DNA of 64,000 nt from NCBI GenBank assembly GCA_023205875.1, contig CP060761.1, positions 248,001 through 312,000 on the forward strand. The letters are read 5' to 3'. Positions 54,059 to 64,000 of the stretch are shown in pieces. The stretch comes from Chloropicon primus (Eukaryota). A program made the translations under genes and the position numbers. Within the stretch, counting starts at the first letter, position 1; each line of letters opens with the position of its first letter. The notes under the pieces were generated by a model that worked only from the letters and a program-made list of their open reading frames with translations, ran no database searches and was not told the origin of the DNA.

Positions 54059-55120
54059 ATGGACAGCATCAAAGGGATGTCGACGATGGGACCCGTGACG
54101 GGGCAGGCGACCGCGATTGGGCAAGGACTTGCAAGGTATCGGTTCTGGACCATGCAGAACGAGGGTGCGAGGAGGAAGGAGACGGTGGAGAGCGGCAAAG
54201 GGTCGGCGGCTGCTCCTGAGATGTGTTACGTTGCATCCAAGAAGGAGGTGGAGCTCTCTGAGGTGCTGAAGAAGGCGGCGAACAGGGCTATCGGCGGAGG
54301 AGTTGCGGGTGCTGCGGCTATGGCGATCAACGTGAGTACCCTGATGTGGATCCGCACGACGGTGAACTTCCAGTACAGATACGGCATGAGCACCGGGGAG
54401 GCGCTGAGGCACCTTTACAAGGACGGCGGTGGCGGACTGAGCGGCTTGACCCGCTTCTACAGGGGCTACTTTCCTGCCCTCATGCAAGGTCCTTTGGCCA
54501 GGTTCGGAGATACCGCCGCCAACGCTGGTGTGATGGCGTACTTTGATAGCTACGAGGAGACTCAGGAGCTTCCAGTCCTGGTGAAGACCCTCGGTGCGTC
54601 GGCCGCGGCCTCGGGAATGAGAATCTTCCTCATGCCAATCGACGCGTGGAAGACCACCAAGCAAGTGGAGGGAGCTGCCGGACTCTCCAAGCTCATCGGC
54701 AAGGTGAGAACCAACGGGCCGACCGTGTTGTGGCACGGAGCATTGGGCGCAGCCTCGGCCACCTTCGTGGGCCACTACCCATGGTGGTCGGTCTACAACG
54801 CCTTGAACGAGTACCTGCCGCAATACGATAGGAAGACCGATTTTGGCATGTACCTGGGAAGGAGTGCCGTCATTGGTTTCGCAGCTTCCGTGACTTCGGA
54901 CTCGATCTCGAACCCGATCAGGGTCCTCAAGACGTACAGGCAGACCAGCACGGAGAAGATCTCTTACATGGAGGCCGCGCAGGCTGTGATTGCCAAGGAG
55001 GGCTTTGGTGGGTTCTGGACGAGAGGTCTTTCCACAAAGATTGTCGCAAACGGACTGCAAGGAATCATGTTCAGCGTTGGTTACAAGTACTTCACCGAGC
55101 TCATATTCAGCAAAAAGTAA
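54059..55120 (+). CDS. Mitochondrial carrier family protein
   Basis: Carrier signature motifs WIRTTVNFQ, PIDAWKTTKQ and PIRVLKTYRQ, with FYRG/LWHG/WTRG second halves. Confidence 0.88.
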   Translation: MDSIKGMSTMGPVTGQATAIGQGLARYRFWTMQNEGARRKETVESGKGSAAAPEMCYVASKKEVELSEVLKKAANRAIGGGVAGAAAMAINVSTLMWIRTTVNFQYRYGMSTGEALRHLYKDGGGGLSGLTRFYRGYFPALMQGPLARFGDTAANAGVMAYFDSYEETQELPVLVKTLGASAAASGMRIFLMPIDAWKTTKQVEGAAGLSKLIGKVRTNGPTVLWHGALGAASATFVGHYPWWSVYNALNEYLPQYDRKTDFGMYLGRSAVIGFAASVTSDSISNPIRVLKTYRQTSTEKISYMEAAQAVIAKEGFGGFWTRGLSTKIVANGLQGIMFSVGYKYFTELIFSKK

Positions 55121-55183
55121 GAGGAGGAGACCATGGGCCGACTCAAGGCGTTGTAATCAATCCACCACCCCCTTCGATGGTCT

Positions 55184-55804
55184 TCTCTAAAGGTTTTCTC
55201 CTGAGGACTGGCCTGGGTGATCGATTGGGAGAGGAGAGAGAGGAGAGGAGAGGAGTAACGCACGCGGTCTCGTGCCGTCGTTGGCGGTGGATGAGAAGAA
55301 GAAAAACCAAGGTGGCACAGAGCCTAAAGAGTGATGACATTTGTATCTAACATCTACATTTTGTTCATCCAGGCTTGTATGCTCTGTGCATAGGAATCTC
55401 CCTCTTCACTCTTCCTCCTTGACCTTGACGATGGGGGCCGTCTTGCTTCGTGTTCTTGTTCTCTTCGACGACGGACGACGAGGAGCCTTGCAGAGCCCGA
55501 CCTCTTCCAGGTACTCTCTCTTCACAATGCATTGTTCCTTGTCGCTCAGCTTAAGAGATGCGTCAGCAAAGATGATCCTCAACGCCTCGTTGTAGTCCGC
55601 GATCTCCCTCTTCTTCTCCGGCGACTTGCTGTCATAACGCTGGGCCTCCTGCACTGCGCTGGCGTACTCCTCCTCCGTCATCAGGCCGGACTCGAGAGCC
55701 TCTCTCAAATCCAAAGCATAGGGAGAAGGAGAAGGAGATCTCGTCGTCTTCATGTTGTTGTTGGTGGTGGTGGCGTTGGAATTCTGCTCATTGAGGTTGT
55801 CGGC
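55184..55804. repeat. Dispersed repeat, copy C
   Basis: Near-identical to 22556-22800 in the non-coding part and closely similar to the copy A/B coding module up to the DNL codons. Confidence 0.92.
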
Positions 55805-56623
55805 GGATGATTGATTCAAGTATTCCTTGGCAATTGCATATATTCCGCGTTCAGTGCGAACAAAGCGGGGGCTCTGTGCACAAGCAGATCTGACAGTTTT
55901 CCGCATTCTCTTCGGATCAGTACAGACAGAACCATCTTTTCGCTTGAACACATACAACTTCTTGGCCCGGATCCGACCAAAGATCTCCTTCACGTGCAAG
56001 CTCCCTCCCGCATCTTGAAGAACGCGGTAGATGGCATCCCGAAGTGGTGAGGTGCTGACAGCACCTTGAGTATTGGACCCATTCAAGTATTTCTTGGCAA
56101 TGGCATATATTCCACGTTCAGTGCGAACAAAGAGGGGGCTCTGTGTACAAGCAGTCCCGACAAGTCTCCGCATTCTCTCCGGATCAGTACAGACAGAACG
56201 ATCCCGACGCCTGAACACATGTAGCTTCTTGGCCCGGATCCGGCCAAGGATCTCTTTGGTGTGCAAGGCTCTCCCTCCCGCATCTTGAAGAACGCGATAG
56301 ATGGCATCCCGAAGCGTTCTCTTTCCATTGCGAGTCCTGAAAGGACGTGCGTTGCCTCTTATCATAGTCACCTTCTCTGACGCTGGCTCAGGCTGAAAAG
56401 ACGAACCCGCACCACCACTATCCTCCTCACTGTCGCTCTCCTCTTCGATGATCGTCGTAGAGCCCGTCGAGAAGCTCGCCAAACACTCTCCGTCCACGTC
56501 CATGGCGACGACACCTGGGGGCAACCCTCCCTTGTCGTCACCACCGTCGGCGGCCCTCGCCGCGATCATCGCCGCCGTCGACCTGGTGCGTGTCCAGCAT
56601 CTCTGTCTCGTGGGACGCCTCAT
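55406..56623 (-). CDS. Protein with two tandem HARE-HTH-like winged-helix domains fused to the repeat-family module
   Basis: Twice LRDAIYRVLQDAGG..LHxKEIxGRIRAKKL...SPxFVRTERGIYAI. The C-terminus is homologous to copies A and B. The start codon is uncertain (56623 or 56569). Confidence 0.72.
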   Translation of the reverse strand: MRRPTRQRCWTRTRSTAAMIAARAADGGDDKGGLPPGVVAMDVDGECLASFSTGSTTIIEEESDSEEDSGGAGSSFQPEPASEKVTMIRGNARPFRTRNGKRTLRDAIYRVLQDAGGRALHTKEILGRIRAKKLHVFRRRDRSVCTDPERMRRLVGTACTQSPLFVRTERGIYAIAKKYLNGSNTQGAVSTSPLRDAIYRVLQDAGGSLHVKEIFGRIRAKKLYVFKRKDGSVCTDPKRMRKTVRSACAQSPRFVRTERGIYAIAKEYLNQSSADNLNEQNSNATTTNNNMKTTRSPSPSPYALDLREALESGLMTEEEYASAVQEAQRYDSKSPEKKREIADYNEALRIIFADASLKLSDKEQCIVKREYLEEVGLCKAPRRPSSKRTRTRSKTAPIVKVKEEE

Positions 56624-57006
56624 AATGAAACAAAGCACCGCACGACACTGCGCAGCTCGACGAAGACTTGCCTTCCTCTTCCTCGTCACACAACCGAGCC
56701 AACAACTCACGAAACAAACTTCGAGGCAACCTCCTGTAACGCCTGTCGTAGCAAAGAGAGCGAGCGAGCGAGAGGACCACTCCGTGCGCCAAAACCTTCA
56801 ACCGAGGTATCAATCGAAAGCCCGTGAGACGCCCTTCCGTTCTTTTCACACCTCCTCCCCTTCGCCGTCCCCGTCCGCGCACAAAGTCCTCGACAAACCA
56901 AGCCCTCTGCCCGCCATGCGCCGACAAAATCTGAGAGCGTTATCTATTCAAGAGAAGTTCCCTCAAATCCCCCAAATCCTGGGCAGGGAGCAGGCGAAGC
57001 AGGAGG

Positions 57007-57812
57007 ATGGCAGACAAGCTACGTTTCGTTCGCGAGGTCCTCGTGCGTTACTGTCCCTGGGAGCGGAGGTCGACATCAGCAAGGTGCGCGTCTCTTCCTT
57101 CCTTCTTTCCTTCGTCGTCCTCTCTTCCTCTCCACCTCCTTGGCGGCTTCGTTTTCTCGTCCTCTGACATGCCTTTCTGCTCATGGTCATGGTCATGGTC
57201 ATGGTCATGCTGTTCTCTCTCCTGCGGCGGGACAGAGAGTTCCTCCACTGGTGCCAGCTCAACAAGTCGGTCCAACAGTTAGAAGACTGCAAGGTCAAGG
57301 TGGAGCTCATTCACTCGGACTTCACGCCGTACGCAAAGATAGAATACGGTAAGGGGTTGCTGCCCTGAGGAGGGAGGGCGGAGAACCTCCAGTGACATGG
57401 AGTCTGGAGGCTTGGCCCTGGTGTTTGGTGCCCATCACACAAGTCAGGGGGTGTGGGAGGTCCTCGGGTATTGTTCTGCTTGTTTCTGACGCCACCTTGT
57501 CGTTCTTGTCACCATCCCTTTGCGGTGCGCGTACCAGTGAATGGGCAGTTTGAGGAGCTCAACCATAAGATGTACACGTCGCGGATGATCGAGCACGTCC
57601 TGTCCCAGTGTGACTTGGTTTCGGAGGGGAAACAGATTTGGGAAGAGGAAGATTGGGACGACTACGCGTATCAAGCGGAGGCGGCAGCGGATCAAACGTG
57701 GCGAGACTGGTCCTTCGACCGGGAGCTCTTAGACCTTGTGGTGATGGGCGAGGACTACCCTGCGGACGACGCGGAGGCGAGAGGCTCTCAAGATCAAGAA
57801 GACCAAAAGTAA
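57007..57812 (+). CDS. Mitochondrial ribosomal protein mL53-like with an acidic extension (exons 57007-57083, 57236-57348, 57538-57812)
   Basis: Spliced LRFVREVLVRYCPWERRSTSAREFL...CKVKV...PYAKIEYVNGQFEEL fits the mL53 pattern. Both introns are canonical and keep the frame. Confidence 0.7.
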
Positions 57813-58038
57813 TGGGGGGGAGGGGACGTCACCGAAGCGCCTGCAAAGGGAAGGGGAAGGGCGCATCGGAGTGTAAAATAGTGCAGCTGTAAATAAACTA
57901 ATCACCTCGAAGGGAAACCGATAATCCACGTCGACGCAAGCGGACGCAGGCACAGGACACCCGTGGGTGCTTAGGCCTTTGGGAAGAAGAAAGCAAGGTA
58001 CAAATCATATGACACAAAAGAAAGACCAAATCTTATTT

Positions 58039-58763
58039 TCATTGCATCCGGCATTCAACGCTTGCAAGTGCGCCAGTGCGGTTAAAAATGAACGTTTCGA
58101 CGTCAACGTGACCATTCTTCTCAGCTTCCGTGGCGCAATCCACAACGTCCCAATCACAAGGCGGGTCCTGGCTTAAAGCCCACTCGAGAACGTCAAGGTG
58201 ACCTCCGCGAGCTGCCCAATAACAAGTCCTCCTGTCCCAAGGGCAAGGCGGATTCTGTCTTCGAGCCCACCTCAGGACATCAAGGTTACCTCAGTAGCTG
58301 CATAAGCGCAAGTCGCCACGTCCCAAGGACAGGGTGGATTCTGACTGCGTGCCCACTGCAGGGCCTCGAGGTAACCTCCTCGAGCTATCTCATGACAAGT
58401 GTCCTCGTTCCACGGGCAAGGTGGGGTCTGACTACGAAGCCACCTCAGGACGTCAAGGTGGCCTCCTTTAGCTGCCGCTTCACATGTTCACTCGCCCCAA
58501 GGGCAAGACGGGTCTTGATTCCGAACCCATCGAAGGACATGAAGGTGCCCTTCTCTAGCTGCCTGGTCACAAGTCTCCTCGTCCAAATCGCAAGGCGGGG
58601 TCTGACTACGAAGCCACTGAAGAACGCCAAGGTGACCTCCTTCCGCTGCCGCGGAGCAGGTCTCCTCATCCCAATCACAAGGCTGATCCTGACTTCGAAG
58701 CTGCTGCAGGAGGTCTAGGCGACCATTTTGGGCTGCCTTGGAACAAGTCCAATCACTCGAACC
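58039..58763 (-). pseudogene. Interrupted in-frame continuation of the PPCPW ankyrin-like array
   Basis: After the TGA at 58766-58764 the frame continues GSSDWTCSKAAQNGRLDLLQQLRSQ..., with a second TGA at 58490-58488, a 1-nt frameshift near 58291 and a final stop at 58041-58039. Confidence 0.75.
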
Positions 58764-61700
58764 TCAATCACCTTCACTGCCCCTGGCGTTCTCTTCATCA
58801 TTCATGTTCGATTGGTTCCGAGGAGCGACAATCCTGTAGTGACCATTCGCTTCGACTCCCCTGGTGAGTTCCCTCATCAAAGAGACAATGTCAACGTCAG
58901 CCCTAAAACATTCATCAAATTCTTCATCGGAACTGTAAGTATCTCCTTCACTGCCGGAGAACTCGCTCTCGCCCCCATCCTCACCCCAGTTGTCCTCGAT
59001 CCAATGGACAACGTCGTAGTGACCATTATCCTCGGCCTCCTCGATGCACCACTCTGGGCTCCAAGGGCAAGGGGGATCCTGCCTACGAGCCCAGCGTAGG
59101 ACGTCGAGGTGACCTGCTGCAGCTGCAGCGTTACAAGCCTCCTCATTCCAAGGACAAGGCGGGTTCTGACTTCGAACCCACCGCAAAACATGGAGGTGCC
59201 CTCCTTGAGCTGCAGCAGAACAAGTCTCCGCGTCCCAAGGGCAGGGTGGATCCTGACTTCGAGCCCACTTCAGAACTTTGAGGTGACCTCCTTCCGCTGC
59301 CGCAGAGCAGGTCTGCCCATTCCAAGGGCAAGGCGGAGTCTGCCTTCGAAGCCACTGGAGGACTTCAAGACGGCAGTATTTGGCTGCCTTCGAAGAAATA
59401 GCCGCGTTCCAGGGGAAGAAAGGATACTGACTTCGAATCCACTGCAGAATGTTGAGGTGCCCTTCTTGAGCTGCGAAAGCACAAGTTTGCACATCGTCCC
59501 ATGGGCAGGGTGGGTTTTGATTCCGCAGCCACCGCAGAACAGCAAGGTGACCTCCCTTCGCTGCATTTTGGCACGTGTACTTGCCCCAGGGAGAAGGGGG
59601 AGTCTGACTTCGAAGACGCCGCAGGAGGTCTAGGCGACCAAACAGAGCTGCATCGGAACAAGTCACCCCTTTCAAGTGAAGACCAACACCATCCTCTTCA
59701 CTGTCACTGCTGGCGACCTCAGTGCTACCACCCCAGCCGTTAAATCTCTGGACCCCCTCAATAAAATCGACGATGTCGTAGTGGTCGTTCTGCTCGGCTT
59801 CTCTTTTGCATTCCGCTGGATCCCAGGGACACAGTGGGGGGGAGAATCGAGCCCATTGCAGGACATCGGTGTGACCTCCTTTAGCTGCCCTTGAGCAAGT
59901 CTCCTTGTCCCAGGGACAAGGCGGGTTCTGGCTGCGGAGCCACTTCAGAACGTCAAGGTGGCCTTCTCCAGCCGCGTACGCACAAGTCTCCTTGCTCCAG
60001 GGGCAAGGCGGAGTCTGACTACGGAGCCACTTCAGGACGCCGAGGCGACCGTCAAAAGCAGCCGTGGAACAAGTCCACTCGCTCCAAGGGCAGGGCGGAT
60101 CTTGGCTTCGAAGCCACTTCAGGACATCAAGGTGACCCCCTTGAGCTGCCGCTTCACAAGTCTCCTCGCCCCAAGAGCAGGGCGGAGTCTGACTTCGAGC
60201 CCACTGCAGAACGCTGAGGTGCCCCCCTTCCGCCGCTGCTTCACAAGTATCCGCACCCCAGGGAGAGGGTGGACTCCGGCCTCGAAGCTGCTGCAGGAGA
60301 TAAAGGTGGCCGTTTTGAGCAGCCTTGGAGCAGGTCCACGCACTCGAATCTTTGCCATCGAAGGGGGCGATCCCCCCCCTGTTCAATCCCTGGGTCGACT
60401 TGATCCACTCCACGGTGTCCTGGTGTCCATTCCGCCCGGCTTCCCTTTTGCATTCTTTGGGGTCCCAGGGGCATGGCTGGGCCTGGCCACGGGCCCACCG
60501 CAGGACGCCAAGGTGACCATTCACAGCTGCACCGGCGCAAGTCTCCTTGTCCCAGGGGCAGGGCGGATTCTGGCTACGAGCCCACTGCAGAACGTGAAGG
60601 TGGCCTCCGTAAGCAGCCATGGCACAAGTCCTGTTGTTCCAAGGGCAAGGGCGATACAGGGTCCGCAGCCACCGCAGGACGTGGAGGTGGCCTTGCTTCG
60701 CAGCAAAAGTACAAGCATGCTCGTTCCAAGGGCAGGGCGGAACCTGCTCATGAGCCCACTTCAGAACGTCAAGGTGGCCATTCAAAGCTGCGCCAGCACA
60801 AGCGGTGGCGCTCCAAGGACAAGGCGGGTCCTGGCTTCGCAGCCACTTCAGGATGCTGAGGTGACCTTCTTTCGCGGCGAACGAGCAAGCGGATTCGCCC
60901 CAAGGGCAAGGCGGATCATGGCTTCGGAGCCACTGCAGAATGTCAAGGTGACCTCCCTCGGCCGCCGCGTCACAAGTCTCCTCGCTCCAGGGACAGGGCG
61001 GATCCTGGCTTTGTAGCCACTGCAGGATGTCGAGGTGCCCCCCCTGAGCCGCGGCCTCGCAAGTCTCCTCGCTCCAAGGGCAGGGCGGGTCCTGGCCTCG
61101 CAGCCACCGCAGGACATGAAAGTTCCCTTCTTCCGCCGCGAAAGCACAAGCGGATTCGTTCCAGGGGCAGGGCGGGTCCTGGCTCCGAAGCCACCGCAGG
61201 GTTCCGAGGCGACCTCCCTCGGCTGCCGCTTTACAAGTCGCCTCGCTCCAGGGGCAGGGTGGGTCAAGGCCTCGAAGCCACCGCAGGGCCTCGAGTTGGC
61301 CCTCGCCCGCCGCGTAAGAACAAGCCAATTTCGTGGGCGGCGAGCCCTCGCGCATCAGCCAACTCAGCACGCGGACGTGACCCCCGCTAGCCGCTCCTTC
61401 GCAGGCCCCCTTTCTTCCGTCGCTCAAGGGGACCCCCTGGCCCTTCAACCACTTGATCGCCTCCTCGCTTCCCTGGAAACCGGCGAGGTGCATCAGGCCA
61501 CCCGGCGGTGCCCCTGTCCCCTTCCCTCGGAACTCCTTGTGCACCCACTGGAACCAATCCAAAGTGTAGCAGGGCATCTGCTCCACCAGCCTCTCCCTCC
61601 TCAGGTCCGTCCTCAGAGGAAGAACCTTCTCCTCCTTCCTGGGGTTTGTCACCTTGGCAGCCGCGAGGAACGTCCTGCACGCCGACGCGAACGCGATGCG

Positions 61701-61886
61701 GTCGTACTCCTCGAGGTTCCTCGCGATCCCGACCCACACCTTCCCTGGAAGCACCCGAAGCGCCTTCTGGGGCTCCAACACCTCCTCACTCAAAGGCTTC
61801 GCCGGCTCGACCGGTGGTGACGCCACCCTCGAAGGCTTCTCCTTCGGAGTGCTCCTCTTTTGCTTCGTCCTTTTCTTCCTCGGCAT
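58764..61886 (-). CDS. F-box-like plus ankyrin-like (27-aa WLRSQxPPCPW repeat) protein
   Basis: Basic NLS-like start, F-box-like LPGKVWVGIARNLEEYDRIAFASACRTF, and more than 20 repeats of TCxxAAxGGHLxVLxWLRSQxPPCPW in three capped blocks. Confidence 0.88.
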   Translation of the reverse strand: MPRKKRTKQKRSTPKEKPSRVASPPVEPAKPLSEEVLEPQKALRVLPGKVWVGIARNLEEYDRIAFASACRTFLAAAKVTNPRKEEKVLPLRTDLRRERLVEQMPCYTLDWFQWVHKEFRGKGTGAPPGGLMHLAGFQGSEEAIKWLKGQGVPLSDGRKGACEGAASGGHVRVLSWLMREGSPPTKLACSYAAGEGQLEALRWLRGLDPPCPWSEATCKAAAEGGRLGTLRWLRSQDPPCPWNESACAFAAEEGNFHVLRWLRGQDPPCPWSEETCEAAAQGGHLDILQWLQSQDPPCPWSEETCDAAAEGGHLDILQWLRSHDPPCPWGESACSFAAKEGHLSILKWLRSQDPPCPWSATACAGAALNGHLDVLKWAHEQVPPCPWNEHACTFAAKQGHLHVLRWLRTLYRPCPWNNRTCAMAAYGGHLHVLQWARSQNPPCPWDKETCAGAAVNGHLGVLRWARGQAQPCPWDPKECKREAGRNGHQDTVEWIKSTQGLNRGGIAPFDGKDSSAWTCSKAAQNGHLYLLQQLRGRSPPSPWGADTCEAAAEGGHLSVLQWARSQTPPCSWGEETCEAAAQGGHLDVLKWLRSQDPPCPWSEWTCSTAAFDGRLGVLKWLRSQTPPCPWSKETCAYAAGEGHLDVLKWLRSQNPPCPWDKETCSRAAKGGHTDVLQWARFSPPLCPWDPAECKREAEQNDHYDIVDFIEGVQRFNGWGGSTEVASSDSEEDGVGLHLKGVTCSDAALFGRLDLLRRLRSQTPPSPWGKYTCQNAAKGGHLAVLRWLRNQNPPCPWDDVQTCAFAAQEGHLNILQWIRSQYPFFPWNAAISSKAAKYCRLEVLQWLRRQTPPCPWNGQTCSAAAEGGHLKVLKWARSQDPPCPWDAETCSAAAQGGHLHVLRWVRSQNPPCPWNEEACNAAAAAGHLDVLRWARRQDPPCPWSPEWCIEEAEDNGHYDVVHWIEDNWGEDGGESEFSGSEGDTYSSDEEFDECFRADVDIVSLMRELTRGVEANGHYRIVAPRNQSNMNDEENARGSEGD

Positions 61887-62158
61887 CGTTTCTTTTCGAC
61901 CAAGGTATCAACGGAAAGAGGAAGAGAAGACGCTTCTAATGGTACGACTCTCTCCCCTACCCTCGGCCTCCCCCGTTCACCACCTCGCTCCTCAAAGGGA
62001 CAAGACCCCCACACCGACCTGGACGTTTCTTCTCGGGAGAAAACCGTTTCATCTGAGAAAATCTCTATTTTGTGAAAGAGATTAGAAAGAAGCTCTCCTC
62101 AGCCCCACGTTTGCGATAAGATTCGCTCTTGAGAGAGAGAGAGAGAGAGAGGGCAAGG

Positions 62159-63304
62159 ATGAGCGCGCTAGTGACGAGGAGTTGTGCCACGAGCAAGGTT
62201 GGGGGAGCCAGGAGGGCGAGGAATCCTTTGTGTTTGCCATCCGTCGTGTTGGGTTCCCGAACGGCGAGCTTGAGGAGGCAGCATCAACAGCAGAAGCATG
62301 ATGTGAGGGCCAACGCGAGTGTGTTTGTGGTGAACACGCCCGGAGGTGGCCACGCCGTGATTGGGTTCCACCTGGCCAAGCAGCTCGCGGAGCAGAACCA
62401 CGATGTGACGATCATGGTTCCCGGGGACGAGGGAAGCGACAAGATGAACAAGGAGCCTTTCAGCAGGTTCGACGAGCTGAGGTCGATGGGCGTGAAGACG
62501 GTGTGGGGCTCCACCTCTGACTGCGGGGCTTGCGCGTCGGGAAGCTACGACGTTGTGGTGGACAACAACGGCAAGGACTTGGACACTTGCCAGCCGGTCA
62601 TCGACTGGGCTGTTGGGCAGGGAGCCAAGCAGTTCCTTTACGTGAGCTCCGCTGGGATCTACAAGCCGAGCGTCACCCCGCCGCACGTGGAGGGTGATCC
62701 GGTCAAGGAGAGCGCGAGCCACGTCTCCGTGGAGAACTACTTGAGGTCCGCCTCCGTCGAGGAGAGCATTTTCAGGCCCCAGTACATCACCGGGGATGCC
62801 AACAACAAGGACTGCGAGGAGTGGTTTTTCGACAGAATTGCGAGGGGGAGGCCCGTGCCCATCCCGGGCGACGGCATGGCTACCACGAACGTGGCCCAGG
62901 TCGAGGACATGGCGAAGATGATGACCCTGGCCGTGGAGAACGACCAGGCCCATGGCGGGCTTTTCAACTGCGTCGGGGACAGGGGAGTCACCCTCAATGG
63001 GCTCGTGGAGCTGGCCGCTGAGGCCGCGGGCGTCGACATGGCCGACGTGAAGATCATCAACTACGACCCGGAAGAGGTCGGGGTCGAGGGCAAGAAGGCT
63101 TTTCCCTTCAGGTACACGTACCATTTCTTCTCCGAGCCGAGGGCCGCTGTGGCGAAGCTCGGAATGACGTACGAAAGGACCTTGGGCGACGCCCTCAAGG
63201 AGAGGTGGGCGGCTTACAAGGCCTCCGGGCGTGCGGAGAAGGACATGTCCTTCGAGATGGATGACAAGATCATCAGCGCCATGACCGAGAAGGTCGCTGC
63301 GTAA
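62159..63304 (+). CDS. CSP41a: Chloroplast stem-loop binding protein 41 kDa a
   Basis: VVNTPGGGHAVIGF, DNNGKDL, FRPQYITG..NNKDCEEWFFDRI, KKAFPFR. Confidence 0.93.
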   Translation: MSALVTRSCATSKVGGARRARNPLCLPSVVLGSRTASLRRQHQQQKHDVRANASVFVVNTPGGGHAVIGFHLAKQLAEQNHDVTIMVPGDEGSDKMNKEPFSRFDELRSMGVKTVWGSTSDCGACASGSYDVVVDNNGKDLDTCQPVIDWAVGQGAKQFLYVSSAGIYKPSVTPPHVEGDPVKESASHVSVENYLRSASVEESIFRPQYITGDANNKDCEEWFFDRIARGRPVPIPGDGMATTNVAQVEDMAKMMTLAVENDQAHGGLFNCVGDRGVTLNGLVELAAEAAGVDMADVKIINYDPEEVGVEGKKAFPFRYTYHFFSEPRAAVAKLGMTYERTLGDALKERWAAYKASGRAEKDMSFEMDDKIISAMTEKVAA

Positions 63305-63352
63305 ATTCTAGTTTACATTTTTTTAATAAAAAAGAAGCCCCATTCGTGGATA

Positions 63353-64000
63353 TCAAACCAGCAGGTACGTTTTCATCATGCCCTTGCCCTTCACTTCCAC
63401 CAAGTTTTGTCGCTCCTCCCACTGGAGGCTTGGGACGAACGCGTGGCACCTCTCGCTGACCTGGAGCCTGCCTGGCACCGAGGTCGACTCCATCCTCGAA
63501 GCCGTGTTCACCGTGTCACCGAACAAGCAGTAGCGTGGCATCACCTTCCCGATCACCCCCGAGACCACGTCGCCAGTGTGCGCCCCGGCTCGGATCTCGC
63601 ACCGCTCGCCGTTCGGCATGATCATCTCTGACGCCGCCTTCAAGGCCATCTTCCCGAAGATGATCGCGGAGTAGGCGTATCCCGAGGAAGTCTCCTCCTC
63701 CGGGGCAATGATCTCAGCATCTTGCAGCGAGAAGTAAAGGTCGTTCCCCGATTTATCCTTCCGTGCCTTATTCTTGTGCCTTGACTGCTGATCGTTGAGC
63801 ATCTGTGAGACGCGCAATTCCTGCATCGTTAAAGCACGTAGGTTATCGCTCAAGGACTCACTGCCGTCTCTGCGTGAAGTCATCGGGGAAGCCACGTCGT
63901 GGTTCAACCCGCTCGCGAGCATGAAGGCGTCTCCAATCGTCTCGACCTTCCACAGGTTCTTGTCCTCCTCCACGAAGCCATCGAAGGTCGTAAAAAGCTC
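63353..64000 (-). CDS. C-terminal class III guanylate cyclase domain (gene starts beyond the window)
   Basis: [56 protein letters not shown]. The Glu/Cys pair is GTP-type. Confidence 0.92.
   Translation of the reverse strand, partial: ELFTTFDGFVEEDKNLWKVETIGDAFMLASGLNHDVASPMTSRRDGSESLSDNLRALTMQELRVSQMLNDQQSRHKNKARKDKSGNDLYFSLQDAEIIAPEEETSSGYAYSAIIFGKMALKAASEMIMPNGERCEIRAGAHTGDVVSGVIGKVMPRYCLFGDTVNTASRMESTSVPGRLQVSERCHAFVPSLQWEERQNLVEVKGKGMMKTYLLV

Noticed and set aside
58488..58766. Selenocysteine recoding of the in-frame TGA codons
   Set aside because: The TGAs do not align to conserved Cys positions (one aligns to Trp), no SECIS was recognised, and a frameshift follows.

Overview
This is gene-dense, intron-poor, GC3-rich nuclear DNA from a green alga. 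The evidence is plastid- and mitochondrion-targeted genes, short GT-AG introns with CTGAC/CTAAC branch points, and microsatellite-rich spacers. The style suggests a compact picoplanktonic chlorophyte such as Chloropicon (inference). About 32 protein genes are supported, mostly housekeeping (RAD1-like, FTSH4, BOR/SLC4, primase, PDS, CBF5, LTN1, ATPC, ValRS, CSP41a and others), plus an intron-containing tRNA-Val(TAC). Six things stand out. (1) A divergent heliorhodopsin / agmatine deiminase pair is bracketed by two near-identical direct-repeat genes, inside an amine-metabolism-like neighbourhood (class III aminotransferase, copper monooxygenase). (2) A third, distant copy of that repeat is fused to tandem HARE-HTH-like domains. 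(3) A very large secreted repeat protein ends in a purple-acid-phosphatase-like domain with altered metal-site motifs. (4) An F-box-like/PPCPW ankyrin-like gene has a repeat array that continues past two in-frame TGA codons and a frameshift. (5) A duplicated T-arm motif and a structured orphan segment flank the tRNA. (6) CGATCG palindrome clusters occur at divergent promoters. All family assignments come from motif recognition by eye; no searches were run.
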